A DNA stretch of 64,000 bases from Eledone cirrhosa. Lineage: Eukaryota. Of this stretch, positions 1-13,200 are shown piece after piece. Made by a program: the position numbers and the translations under genes. The notes below the pieces were generated by a model. It saw only the letters and a list, made by a program, of their open reading frames with translations, had not been told where the DNA came from and did not search any database. The DNA is taken from assembly GCA_964016885.1 (NCBI GenBank), contig OZ024743.1, positions 199,826,001-199,890,000 on the forward strand, written 5' to 3'. The first letter of the stretch is position 1. Each line of letters opens with the position of its first letter.

Positions 1-6
1 ATATAT

Positions 7-192
7 GTAGGAGGTGAGTTTTATTGTAGTACAATAAAGCAATGCAGATATCGGATAAGAAGCACTCTACAGTTTGTAGGACTGGAGTATACATAATATA
101 TAAGAACAAAAGATGGTTAAAGGAGTTCCATGTATTTTGAAATGCGCATAATAAAATACATGGAACTCCTTTAACCATCTTTTGTTCTTATA
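7..192 (-). mobile_element. PLE family A terminal fragment (tail plus short inverted arm)
   Basis: Matches the 3' end of the 36813-40213 element. Palindrome AAGAACAAAAGATGGTTAAAGGAGTTCCATGTATTTT / AAAATACATGGAACTCCTTTAACCATCTTTTGTTCTT surrounds a partial hammerhead GAAATGCGCATA. Flanked by (TA)n. Confidence 0.8.
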
Positions 193-293
193 TATATATA
201 TATATATATATCTTTCACCGTATTTTTGACTAAAGAAATTTTAGCCTGATAATGGGGTTTAGAACCCTCAGATAAATGGAAAAAGATGAGTAT

Positions 294-364
294 TGACGTA
301 CATGGGAGTCGAACCCACATCTTTGGTTATCCAGACCACTGTGCTACCATTACACCAACACATC
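294..364 (-). tRNA. Inverted copy of the tRNA-like cloverleaf
   Basis: Reverse complement of 421-491 with one loop difference (CTGGATA). Confidence 0.55.
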
Positions 365-420
365 ACCCAAATGTGTGATGTGCTACAATTACACCAACAC
401 ATCACATCACACATTTGGGT

Positions 421-491
421 GATGTGTTGGTGTAATGGTAGCACAGTGGTCTGGAAAACCAAAGATGTGGGTTCGACTCCCATGTACGTCA
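421..491 (+). tRNA. tRNA-like cloverleaf (anticodon GGA, short variable loop); pseudo-tRNA or SINE head
   Basis: A box TGGTGTAATGG, D stem GTGT/GCAC, anticodon arm TGGT-CTGGAAA-ACCA, T arm GTGGG-TTCGACT-CCCAT, G-U-rich acceptor stem, TTTTT about 9 nt downstream. Confidence 0.6.
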
Positions 492-631
492 ATACTCATC
501 TTTTTCCATTTATCTGAGGGTTCTAAACCCCATTATCAGGCTAAAATTTCTTTAGTCAAAAATACGGTGAAAGATATTCTATTTTCTAATTTCAAACCTG
601 CTCACTGTTTCAAAACATATATATATATATA

Positions 632-842
632 TAGGAACGAGTAGGACCCCGACGGCTGAGCTCAAGCCATTTCGACGGCTAATTCTGGACTAAAATAATT
701 TTAGTCAAGAATTAGCCGTCGAAACGGCTGAGCTCACGCGTCGGGGTCCTACTCGTTCCTATTACCCACTCTACTACCCTAAGTATTGAGTACTTTGGTG
801 CGTTATGGTTCATCTGGTTCCTTACCACATTTCCTTCGTTAT
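632..842 (+). mobile_element. PLE family C terminal fragment (inverted arm, direct arm, tail)
   Basis: Homologous to 42463-42603 and 44145-44207. Contains the 3' half of the hammerhead (GCCGTC-GAAAC...GTC-GGGG). Confidence 0.8.
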
Positions 843-944
843 AAATATATATATATATATAAAGGAACGATCGACTTCCGTCAAATCGGACCGAGGAAAC
901 AATGTTTCCGTTGGTCTTTACAATTGCTAATACTATCTATCGGT

Positions 945-1048
945 CGCAACTCCAGGTAGAAGGAGCAACGTGAAATAAAGTGTCTTGTTCAAGGAGATAA
1001 CGCATCGCCTGGTCCAGGAATCGGACTCACAACCTCACGATTGCGAAT
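945..1048 (-). mobile_element. tRNA-derived CORE-type SINE fragment (similar copies at about 4375-4495, 44860-44965, 52630-52740, 52785-52890)
   Basis: Minus strand carries a B-box-like GAGTCCGATTCC followed by CCTTGAACAAGACACTTTATTTCACGTTGCTCC. Dispersed copies. Confidence 0.6.
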
Positions 1049-1067
1049 ATACATATATATATAGTGA

Positions 1068-1170
1068 TGCAACCTCCTCATCAATGGTCGGTAGATAACC
1101 CCCTTCTCTTTCATTTTTCTTACTACATTGACATAATTTGGCAGCTGACTTCTACAACAGACCATGTTTT
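1068..1170 (-). pseudogene. Short restriction-like endonuclease (RLE) fragment of an R4/Dong-like retrotransposon
   Basis: VNVVRKMKEKGVIYRPLMRRL aligns with the 1660-2180 fragment. Confidence 0.5.
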
Positions 1171-1211
1171 GTATGTACGTATATATGTATGTAAGTATGT
1201 ATGTATGATAT

Positions 1212-1620
1212 TTGGACACCCTACGGGATGAAATACAAGAGCCGACAAAGGGCGGAGGAACTCAGCAGAGTCAACGGCTATCCAAATAGTACTTTTTTTT
1301 TAACCTGGGAGTGAAAGGCCCCCAGTTGTTGTCACAACACCTTTCTAGGAGAGAGAAACTCTGAAAAAAAAAACAACCTGCGGCTTCGGAAGCATCCGAT
1401 GATGTTGCCCAATTCTCCCTTTCGGGTAGTGTTGTGATGCTGAGAGAATGGGATTGGTCGAGTACAAGGCGTTTCCCCACTTTAAAAAACTCACAAAGCA
1501 CTGGTATTGCTTGTACAGGCTCTGTTATACGTTTGTGTGACTGGCCGTAGCCTAAAAGTGCACCAAACTCTATAACCTGACAAGCGATAGGAGTACTCTT
1601 AGCAGAGTTTACAGCCATCA
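1212..1620 (+). mobile_element. Non-autonomous retroelement, 5'-truncated copy of 19821-20342
   Basis: About 400 bp homologous to 19950-20342. Ends CAGCCATCA next to TGTA. Confidence 0.7.
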
Positions 1621-1659
1621 TGTATATATGTGTGCGGGTGTGTGTGTATGTTATCTTCT

Positions 1660-2180
1660 TTCTATTAATTTAGAGTACATTTTTGACCGACCACATTCCT
1701 GGTGGCAAGGTTGTAAATGAAAAGAAATTATCTTCCCTTGAATCGCAAGAATGTTTTTCAAATTTTGAAGGTGCCAAATATCGTAGCCATTTGTTGTCTA
1801 TGAATTAGGGAGCTGCGTTCTTTGTCCACAAATCCAAGTTCAGCCATACTTTGGTCCAAGCGGGTTGGTATATAACCTGTAGCTCCAATAATAATGGGTA
1901 TGAACTGAAGGTGTATCTTGGATACTGGATCTGAAAACTCTTCATCAATGATCCGTAGATGTCCTCCTTCTACTGTATTTTTCTTACAACGTTGACATCA
2001 AGTGGGCAGTTAATCTCTACAATAGAGCACGTTTTCAATGTGTGGTACCAAACAACAATATCAGGTCGGTTGTGCTTGAATTTGTTGGCAGTTTTTATTT
2101 TCAGGTTCCACCAGAATTACTTGGTGCCATCTATCTCAACATACTCCTCCTCATTTGTTTTTAATTTTGTTTTCCTTAGT
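1660..2180 (-). pseudogene. 3' end of an RLE-type (R4/Dong-like) non-LTR retrotransposon
   Basis: Manual translation gives FWWNLKIKTANKFKHNRPDIVVWYHTLKTCSIVEINCPLDVNVVRKIQ*KEDIYGSL, the RPD..E..KY RLE motif. Abuts (CATA)n. Confidence 0.75.
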
Positions 2181-2384
2181 ATGTATGTATGAATGTATGT
2201 ATGTATGTATGTGAGGAAATACTGTGCACTGAGCCAATCCCACTCTCTGAGCGACAGTTGCTATAACCCTAAAAGAAGAAAAGTTATCCCAGTTTCCTGA
2301 GTTGCCTTCTTCTAGAAGAATGCTCTGACAAAGGCTTTAAAACATATCTTTACGCACAGGCATTGCACGATAGAATTAATTAAT

Positions 2385-2571
2385 CGTTTCCACGTTAGGC
2401 ACAAGGACAGCAATTACCCAGTGCATTACTGGTACTTTATTTTATCGACCCCGTAATGATGAAAGGCAAAGGTAACCTTGGCAGGATTTGAACTCAGAAT
2501 GGCAAGGGCCGTAACTCTATACGTCAAACATGGCGTCCGACCCTCTACCAATACTGCCAATCAACCGCCCT
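2385..2571 (-). mobile_element. Full-length tRNA-derived SINE with 15-bp TSD
   Basis: TSD ATAGAATTAATTAAT at 2370-2384 and 2572-2586. B box GAGTTCAAATCC and central GCCTTTCATC..GGGGTCGATAAAATAAAGTACCAG domain. Confidence 0.85.
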
Positions 2572-2721
2572 ATAGAATTAATTAATAATTATTAATAATG
2601 GTATATCGTGCAATGGCCATACACGATAACAAGGGGGCAGCCATCATGTATGTATGTATGTACGAATGTATGTGTGTGTGTGCGTGCGCGCGCGCATGCG
2701 TGTGTGTATGTATTCATTTAG

Positions 2722-2761
<40 letters not shown>

Positions 2762-2972
2762 AATTATTTATTTAATACTCTATATATGTGTGTTTCCTAA
2801 ATGAGTCGTGTTCGTACATAAGATGTGTGTGTCTGTATGTGAGAGTCTATGTATGAGTGTAATTGTATATGTTTATATAGTCTATTCACATATTTGCACA
2901 TAAGAGAGAGAGAGAAAGAGAGCGAGGGATAGAGGGTAAGAGAGATAGACTGTGTGTGTATGAGTGTGTATC

Positions 2973-3184
2973 TAATTATATGTTTGTATGTGTGCGTGTG
3001 TGTGTGTAAGCCTATATGTGTGTATGTTTGATCGTACTTGCATAAAGCCCACTTCTATTTTACGCATGTATGTATGTGTGAATTCATACATACGTAAAAT
3101 AGAAGTGGGCTTTATGCAAGTACGATCAAACATACACACACATAGGCTTACACACACACACACACACATACAAACATATAATTA
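2973..3184. repeat. About 210-bp near-perfect palindrome
   Basis: GATCGTACTTGCATAAAGCCCACTTCTATTTTACG and its reverse complement, centred near GAATTC at 3080. Confidence 0.85.
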
Positions 3185-3324
3185 TACGCCTATACATGAG
3201 TATAGGCGTCGTGTGTGTATGTGTGCGTGCGAGTGTTTATAGCTCTGCATGTGTATGTATATAATATATTTGTATACCCGTAAATCCATATGTAATCGTA
3301 CTTATATAAATTACCCACTCACAT

Positions 3325-3815
3325 GTGTATGTGTGTGTGTGTATATATGTGCCTGTGAGCGTAAGCGTGTGTGTGTGCGTATGTATGTGTGCGTGCCTGT
3401 GTGTGAGCGTGTGCGTATGTGTGCCTGTGAGCATGAGTATGTATGTGTGCGTATGTATGTGTGTATGTGTGAGCGTGTGTGTGTGTGCCGGTGTGCGCGT
3501 GTGCATATTTGTGCGTGTATATGTGTGAGCGTGCCTGTGTGCCTGTGTGGGTGCGCGTGTGTGTGAGCGTGTGTAGTTGTGCGTCTGTGTGTATGTGCTT
3601 GTGTGTATGTGTGACCGTGTGCGTGCGTGTGTGTGTGTGAGCGTGTGTGTGTACCTGTGTGTGTGCATATTTGTGCGTGTGTGTGTATGTGTGCATGAGT
3701 GTGTGCACATATGTGTGCGTGTGTGTGCGTGCGCATATGTGTGCGTGTGTGTGCACGTATGTGTGCGTGTGTGTGCACGTATGTGTGCGTGTGTGTGCAC
3801 GTATGTGTGCGTATG
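3325..3815. repeat. Degenerate (TG)n-derived minisatellite
   Basis: Higher-order units such as GTGTGTGCACGTATGTGTGC repeated about three times at 3740-3810. Confidence 0.85.
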
Positions 3816-4948
3816 TCAGTTAGTAAATATATATTTATGTTGAAATCCTTTGAGAATAGGTGGAGTTTCTTTGTGTTGAAGTAATGCCGTGTTTCTTTTG
3901 ATAGTCAACTCTTATTTCAGTTATTTTCTCTCTTCATCGAATGTTTCTCTCATTTACCTGGTAGAAGAAAGCTTCCGAGTGATCTAGACTCTATTCTCAT
4001 ATTTTATTGCCAGCTTCTGTTTTTCCCTGACTCATGTGTCTGACTAATTCCTTACCCTTATCTATCCGAAAATTACTTCTCACACTCAACTAACGTATCT
4101 GTACACCAACTCGTTTCTATAGTCCGTCCCATTAGCTTCTATTTCTTTAACCCTCTGTTTTATAAACTTTTCACTAAAATGGCGGCGGGTGGAGGAGAAA
4201 ATACTTTGAAGTCTGCCATAAACCCGGACGGTTCATCCGGCCAGGGCTTATCTCGGTTTCATTAGTGTTTAAGTGACTGAGAGAAGACGACATCTACCTA
4301 TATAGTACGACAGTCCATCGCAGGGTTAAGTCCCATCCTGTACCTACTACTGGTACGCATTATTGGCTGCGTTGAATGGAACAACGTAAAATGAATTTTT
4401 GGGCTCATGAACACATGCCACCTGGGTTAGGAATTGAACTCATGGCGTTATGGCCGTAAGTCCAGTACCCTAATCACCAGGCCACGTGCCTTCACTATTA
4501 AGGGCCAATTTATTGAATTGAATTTTCTCACGGACACTTTGTTAAAATTACTAGATTGTTAGGCAGCGATAAACGGTGGTGGTGGGGTGGGATGGGATCA
4601 GTAATTGTCTAGTGTACGTTCGTAAATATGAAATTTCTTGTAATGTTTTTTTTTTTGTCATATATAATTTTAATGTAAAATAAAAAAAATATTATTAGAT
4701 TCTCCAGCTGCTGTATCGATATGAATCACAATAAAATTTCGCCGGAGATAGATTACCAAAATTTAATGAGGTTTTTGAAATATTAATAAACGGAGGTGTG
4801 GGACGGTTATTCAAAACCTGATAGTATATTCATGGACTTCATATACCTCTGTACAACAGTAAACATGGATTGTTGAACAAAGGGTTTAAACAGTGGAAAT
4901 CATTTTTGTGTCGCGTTGAAAAGAAGTCTAACCTCCCCACCAGAATCT

Positions 4949-5263
<315 letters not shown>

Positions 5264-5735
5264 AGAGAGAGACAGACAGAGAGAGAGGGAGAGAGAGGTG
5301 TGGGAGAAAGGTAGGGTAACAGAGAGGGGGAAAGGGGGTGTGGATAAATAGATAGAGAGCAACGAGAGTGAGAATTGTTAAAGCTGGATTCATCAGTATA
5401 TGAAACGTTATTTCAGTTTACATGCTTCACTGGTCGTCGAATATCAACACCGCCAATTACGTGGCAACGCTTCTTTGGGGAATTCCTAGATATGGCGATT
5501 ATTGGAGCACACGAGCGTTTCCTAACTAACCCTGTGATCTAACAAAGAATTGAAATATAATAACGTCGATTTATATACATGCGTATATGTTTTGGTCTAT
5601 CGCTATCTCACTGCCTGCTCACCCCCATCCTTCTTCTCACACACGTAAATATATATATATGTGTATATATATATATACACACATGCGCGCACATATACTC
5701 ACATAGATACATAAACACGAATACACTCACACACG

Positions 5736-5820
<85 letters not shown>

Positions 5821-5866
5821 CTGTGTGCGTACGTGTGAGTGTGTATGTGTGTGTATTGTGTATGCG

Positions 5867-6067
<201 letters not shown>

Positions 6068-6513
6068 ATGTATGTTTGTCTGTATATATAAGGGGCGTAT
6101 ATTTTGAACGTGTTCGGGATGAGTACCACTCTCGCCGAAGATGGTAAATTCATCATAAATATTAAGCTCACTCAATAATATAATCATGAATCGTAGACAT
6201 GTTAAGAAATATTATGCCAGTCATTTTGACAGCTAGCCGTGGCCACCCCATAGATAATTGTATTATGATATGGCACTGGGAAGATGGCAAAAGAATGAAA
6301 GTGTGAGAGACATTCCAATAGCACACATCCACTGTTCATTAAGTTGTGTGTATAAATACGTTGAAGATATTTACTGAACTAGATTTTCGTTATAAGTATT
6401 CTGTTATTCTGTTATTGTGGTATCATGATACGGTTAGGCCATGAGTTGCTTTCGTATTTATCTATCTATCTATCTATCTATCTATCATCTATCATCTATC
6501 TATCTATCTTTCA

Positions 6514-6578
<65 letters not shown>

Positions 6579-6596
6579 ATATATATATATATATAT

Positions 6597-7138
6597 ATTT
6601 CGTTTCTGAATTTGTTTAGCAAGATTCTTTATCTGAAATCGTGTGTTGAAACCGATATTGTTATACTTTGGGAGGGTCATGTTGCCAATAAGAAACACAC
6701 GCACCAGTTGCTTTCACTTCAATTTATTATATATTTATAAATTTATAAATTTACAAATCTACAAACTTATAAATTTCTGGTTGGTTGGTTGGTTGGTTCC
6801 ACAACCAGATAGTTGTTTATATATAGTCATAGTCCTTTCGTCACACACTCTGTGACCTCTTCGGTGACTGGGGATTCCTTTCTTTGTTTCTGTGCCTTTC
6901 CTTTCTTCTGTCCTACACCATTTTGTTTCTGTGTGTGTCACTGAAGAGGTCACAGAGTGTGTGACGAAAGGACTATGACTATATATAAACAACTATCTGG
7001 TTGTGGAACCAACCAACCAACCAGAAATTTATAAGTTTGTAGATTTGTAAATTTATAAATTTATAAATATATAATAAATTGAAGTGAAAGCAACTGGTGC
7101 GTGTGTTTCTTATTGGCAACATGACCCTCCCAAAGTAT

Positions 7139-7147
<9 letters not shown>
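6597..7147. mobile_element. PLE family B, inverted pair of termini with tail on the left
   Basis: 6655-6868 is the reverse complement of 6937-7147. Same sequence as the 3' end of the GIY-YIG-bearing copy at 36440-36757. Confidence 0.85.
6937..6979 (+). ncRNA. Minimal type I hammerhead ribozyme (family B)
   Basis: GTCA-CTGAAGA-G-GTCACA(GAGTG)TGTGAC-GAAAG-GA-CTA^TGAC. The inverted copy at 6825-6869 has CCGAAGA. Confidence 0.75.
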
Positions 7148-7184
<37 letters not shown>

Positions 7185-7700
7185 TCAGCGAGAATTGCAT
7201 TTTCAGCGGGTAGAAAAAGTGAAACGTAACGCAAATTCCGAGTCATGCTGGCAAGCGCTCCATGGGCTAAAAGACCAGAGCAATAAACATAGGTTATAAA
7301 GGCCATACAAGCTGAGAAGGCGGTCAGGAAGCCATAAACCACCTAAGCCAAAAAACAAGTCAAGCTAAACAGGTCAGACAAAATAAATGACATAATCATA
7401 TATATATATATATACATATACATATACAAATATATATAACAAACTGGACCCCTCTCTCTCTCTATATATATATATATTTTTTATGCGTAGATTATATATA
7501 TATATATATATATTAAACTTAGATTATATATATATATATACGTATATAATATATATGCATACATCTGTATACACACACATACATACATATATGCATACAC
7601 ATACATTTGCATACACAAGTTGTAGATATAGGCGTATTTAATGTTTGAAAGGGAGTGAAAGGGAGAAAGAAAGAGACTGAGAAAAAAATCTATATATATG

Positions 7701-7771
<71 letters not shown>

Positions 7772-8650
7772 CTATTTAGCCTTTAAATTAGAAAACACTT
7801 ATAAACAAACGTTTGCGTCTTTGAAAACAAAAGGAAAACAAATGCCTTCGTACATCAGACGAGCACAGAACCACGTAGAAACAAAGGAACAAACATTAAC
7901 AAACGAGGAAACAGAATCAAAGATAAACAAACATATACAGAGACACACTCACACTCACATACACATACATACATGCACATACATACATGCACATACATAC
8001 ACACACACATACATACACACACACATACACACACACGTACACATAAATATGTCGCACGCAAAGAGTTAACAGTGGAAGAGAATGACTGATAAACAGTCGC
8101 ACACATATATGAACACACATACATATACACAAACATACCCATATACACATACACATATATACACATCTGAAGAAGAAGAAGAAGAAGAAGAAGAAGAAGA
8201 AGAAGAAGAAGGAGAAGAAGAAGAAGAAGAAGAAGTAGAAGAACAAGAGGAAGAAGAGATGTAAATATTCTTGTAGATACATTTGAAGAAGAAGCTGCAC
8301 ACCTGTCCTTGCCTTAGAATTATTTTCTTATCTTTTAAAGAGCAGCGAGAACAAGAATATGACCCACGTTCAAACGACGGCTACGATTGAGGGTGGTAAA
8401 ACCGTAAATATCCCTCTACCCATCACCATTATCTCCCACCACCAGTTTCCACGCCATTAACACTGCCATCAACTACGCCATCACCACCCTTTGCCTAGAA
8501 CGACACTCCTCAAAAGAAACACGGAATGAAAACTTTACCATTTTGGTGAGAACAAACCAATGAAATCTTAAAAGCCAATTTTCATACAGACCTCTCACCT
8601 TCTCTCTCTCTCTCGCTCTCTCTCTGTCTGTCTCTCTGTCTGTCTCTCTG

Positions 8651-8715
<65 letters not shown>

Positions 8716-8878
8716 CTCTCTCACATACACTCTCACTCGCAACCTCTCTCTTCTCGTTCTTCCTCCCTCTCTCTCTCTCTCTTCATCTTTCTCGCCCCAA
8801 TTCCCTCTCCCCCTCACACTAATTTCTACTCTTCTTCTCTCTCCCTCTCTTTTCTCTCTCTCTGCCCCTCTCTCTGTT

Positions 8879-8925
<47 letters not shown>

Positions 8926-9214
8926 AACAAACATACATAACGATACAAATATACATACATACCCACACACCCATACTCACACACCTACAAACACACACAC
9001 CCATACCCACACACCTACAAACACCCTCCACCCCACCTCACTCCACTCCACCCACAGAAATTCCCCCCCACAACAAACACCACAGAAATGAATTTCTCTG
9101 TTGTTTCGTTCTAGTTTTAAACACTTCACTCTTTTGCCATTCTATTTGATTTTCCTTTTAAAGAATATTTTCTTTTCCTTTGTCATAATGTGTTCAAAAA
9201 GGCCGAGGTATTGA

Positions 9215-9465
9215 GAGAACGTGAGAGTATCGGATTAAACGTCTAGCAGTATTTAGTTACAGTTCTTAATGTTGTGAGTTCAAATCCAGTCAAGCTTCTA
9301 CTTGCCTTCCCTTTATGATCTGAGTTCAAATCCCACCGAGGTTAACTTTGCCTTTCATCCTAACAGGGTCGATAAAATAAAGTACCAGGCAGGCACTGGG
9401 GTTGATTTAATCGACATTTCCCTCCCCTCAAATTGCTGGTCTTGTGCCTATATAAGAAACCATTC
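9215..9465 (+). mobile_element. tRNA-derived SINE with duplicated head
   Basis: Two GAGTTCAAATCC boxes followed by GCCTTTCATCC...GTCGATAAAATAAAGTACCAG. Confidence 0.7.
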
Positions 9466-9618
9466 TTACAGGGTTGGTAAAATATTGTTTTAGTCTAATA
9501 TTGGATCGATGTATTCAACTTGGCTCTCTCTCATAAAATAAATTGTTTAGATTTAATAGAGAATTACTTACAGCTCGCTATATGGAGCTAGCTTGTATAA
9601 AAACAATATTTACTTATA

Positions 9619-9790
9619 CAGTGAAATTCCGTTTTAACGAAATTCACGGGGTATAAAAAAATTCGTTGGAACGAAAAATTCTTTATAATGAGATCGGCCT
9701 AACACACCGAGCGTGTGGGCGGGGATTGAAAACACTTCGTTATACTGAAAAATTCCTTATAATGGCATTCGTTATAACGGAATTTACCTG
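9619..9790. mobile_element. Tc1/pogo-type MITE
   Basis: TIR CAGTGAAATTCCGTTTTAACGAA / TTCGTTATAACGGAATTTACCTG with TA TSD. Confidence 0.75.
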
Positions 9791-10282
9791 TATATATTTA
9801 CGTATGATGTATTTGTCTAATAAACCATAACTATTCCATTTTAAATTGTACCAGCACAAATAAATCGTTGGTAATATGTCAAGTTTAGAAACGATTATAA
9901 GGTGTATTGTTACATATATTTGGTTAATAAAATGTAGTTTATTGAAACCAGATGATACCTATCCATCTATCTCTTTATCTATCTATTTATCTGTCTATCT
10001 ACTTATATATATATATTTCTTTATTTACCATAAAGGCATAAAAGAAGGGACAAATACAAAGGGGGAGTTTACATAAAATCGAGTAAAAAGGGTATAAAAT
10101 GAAAATAATCGAAAACAACTTCAAATGGGAGGGGACGTGATGGGGGTTGCACACACCCCCGAAAAAGTGTGCAATCCTTTGCCCGGGGAGCACATGGAGA
10201 AGGTGCTCCCCTCTCCTTCACTTCTTTACCTACAGGATGGTATACAGAGAAGGCCCATTTACACGAGCCATTCTCGCCACTA

Positions 10283-13200
10283 TCACCCACCTTTCATAAA
10301 ACTGCCTGTGGCCAAGCACCTCTCCATTCTTATCCTTCTTCCGAAGTGATATCGGAAGAAGTAGACCAGACTATGGCCAGAGAGGAAGTTGCCTGACCTC
10401 AGACCTTTCAATCGTGTCCACCAAACAACCTCTTTCAACATGGCTATTACGCACAGAAAAACCGCCTTTGCTTCCTTTGTGAAGAGGGGAGGCGGCTTGA
10501 TTGTCATCACGGACTGGGCGGTCAATCGAATCGGCGCCACCCGCGACAGCAGTCGTTCGGCGTAGCCCCACAGATCAGCCACGCCCGGACATTGCACCAA
10601 TGCGTGCGCAACGGTTTCTTCGTGACGCACACATCTAGGGCAAATCTTTTTCGAGGGATCCCTGCCCGGGCGCCCGTGTCTGTAGAGCTTTTCTCGAACG
10701 GGTAGAGCCCCCCGGTAGCACTGCCAGGCTAGTGACTTCTGGAAGTTGTCCATTGGTCCCGGGCCGAAAGTCCTACCGAACAGGCTGGCCAGCTCGTCCT
10801 TTTCCGTGTCCAGAGACTCTCCAAGGGTGTCATCGCCCCTGCTAGCCACCAGCCCTCTATAGAATGACGAGGTGGATTCTCCACCGATGGCCGGGTCCGC
10901 TTGCCAGAGAGCCCTGAGCGCCTGGGCGCACTCAGTGTGCCAGTCTCCCAGTTTTCCGGATCTTTGCTTGACCCAGGACTGCAGCTCGGTGAGCGAGACG
11001 AGTCTTGGAAAGGCTCGTTTCACGAACGGAGCCCACACCGGTTGACCAGTGAGGAATACCTGTAGGTGCCGTAGCCTTAATGCGTGCCTACGCATCATCA
11101 ACCACGGCATCCCCAGCCCTCCTTTCGAAGGTTGTTGGCAGCAGATGGATCTTCTCACCATAGGAGGGCGCTTCTTCCAAAGAAATTGAAAGAGCATGCG
11201 TTCCATGGTGGTGAGTGTTTCCTTAGGGAAAGGCACGACAGTCAGGCGGTAGTAAGTGACGGACGCTATGTAAATGTTCGCCACCTACGCCCGACCTTTT
11301 AGGGACAGCTTACACTTGGCCCATTTCTGGGTTAGTGCAAACACCTTGTTCGTAACCTCGCCCCAGTTCTTTTCCACCTGGAGGTCCGGTCCAAACCAGA
11401 CACCCAGCAACTTCACCGGGACCTCCGTCCAGTGTCCGACGACACCGTCGGGAGGCATCGGTCTGTCTCTCCACGTTCCGAGTTGCAGCCCGATGGATTT
11501 TTCCCGGTTCAGTTTCGCTCCTGACAACTTTTCGTATTCCTCCAGTAAGGTACCGATCGCCTCGATCTCCGAGTCGGTCGATACCATTACTGTTACGTCA
11601 TCGGCGTAGGCCGACACCGCTTTCCTCAATCCTGGTTCCAGGGGGATACCCTGCAACAACTCCAACTTCCTCAGTAAAGGCTCGAGAGTCAATACGTACA
11701 GAAGGGAGGAGAGAGGGCACCCCTGTCGAATGGATCGTGTGATTTCGAACGGCTTCGAAAGGTAGCCGTTCACCTTGATCCTAGAACAGATGTGGTTGCT
11801 ATGTAAGGCAGTGATCCAGCCTCTGAAAACAGGACCGAACCCAGCCGCCGCTAGCACCGCATCCAGGTAACCATGGTCGACCCTATCGAACGCCTTAGAC
11901 TGATCCAAGTTGATCAGGGCCCCACCGAAGCCGGGTTTGTTGCCAACCCTCTCTATGATGTATCGCATGAGGTGGAGGTTGTCGTGAATGGACCTGGATG
12001 GGATAGCACATGTCTGCGCATCTCCCACCAGGCCACCCACGACAAGCGCCAACCTCTTTGCTAACACCTTGGCCAAAATCTTTAACTCTGTGTTTAGCAG
12101 GGTTATGGGCCGAAAATTATTTATACTATCTCCCTTGTTCTCGTCCTTCCTCGCCAGCGAGACTACGCCCTTGGCTACAGAACAAGGAATTCTCCAGTTC
12201 TGCTGCCAATTGCAGTAGACTGCTTCGAGGAGTTCGGAGAAGAAGACCGGCATTGCTAAATAAAGTTCGTAAGGTATACCATCGAGACCTGGAGATTTGC
12301 GTCTGCTGCATTGGCTCAGCGCATCTCCGATCTCATCAGCCGAGATTGGCCCCTCGCAGGACTCTGCCTCTTTGCTCGAGAGACACGGCAGACCGTCGAG
12401 GTATGGACCAAAATCCACGTCCCCGCCCGGACCTTCGCCTCCCCCGAATAATCGGGCAAAGTGCCTTTGAAAGGCCTCGCACATCTGCTTAGGCTCCCGG
12501 ATCACCCCTCCATCCTCATCTTGCAAAGACCGGATGGTGGATCGATTTCCACTCTTAGCTTCTGTCACGCGGGCCCAGCCAACGGTTTTGGCCCCCCCAT
12601 TACCTAGAGCACGTATTTTACTTCGAATGACGCAGCCTTCGTGCTTTGCATCGAAAAACTGGCTCAAGGCCGTCCTCGATGCCAGCACTCTGGCCACATC
12701 TTCGCTCTTGATTGCCTCTTCTAATTTACCTGTTAATTCTTTCTTGTTCCTATTCCTATCGGCAGCTAACATCTTGCTATAACTTATTGATTCTGTTCTA
12801 ATCTCTCTTTTGAGAGATGCCCACCATCGGTTGTTGACGATTGCACCCGTCAACCTCTCCTTAACTAATCTGCTAATCCGGTTTCTGTAAGTCTCTTTTG
12901 CCGGTAAAGACAAATTAAGTTTCCAGTAACCGGGACCCTGTCTATGTGTTTTCTCGAGATTGACTACGCAGGTCACTAATTTGTGATCCGTATAGCCAAC
13001 CGTGAGCATTTCTGGACAGCTTAATATGTCCCTATCCTTACTTCTAGCTAAGAATCTATCTAAGTACGATCTAGATTGACCACTGTGGTTCGTCCAAGTC
13101 CAGGTTGGCACAGTTGGAAAATCTAGTCGATATCTATCGACCAAGTTAAAACGGTCGAGTAACCCCTTGAGGCTGTTACACCCCCCTCTATTAGGACATG

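Larger units (their letters stand above)
210..616 (+). mobile_element. Hairpin insertion with about 170-bp inverted arms and a 3' extension (PLE-type layout) containing a tRNA-like sequence
   Basis: 210-382 is the near-perfect reverse complement of about 404-576. An extra 40 nt follows the right arm. (TA)n on both sides. Confidence 0.7.

Noticed and set aside
245-285. CTGATAA-TGGGG..CCCT hammerhead candidate
   Set aside because: C3:A8 mismatch and no GAAA closing stem II.
268-517. Near-identical 74-aa ORFs on both strands
   Set aside because: An automatic consequence of the palindrome, with no protein motif.
11285-11287. Programmed readthrough of the ORF2 TAG
   Set aside because: Sister elements have Glu (GAG) here, so a single G-to-T nonsense mutation is simpler.
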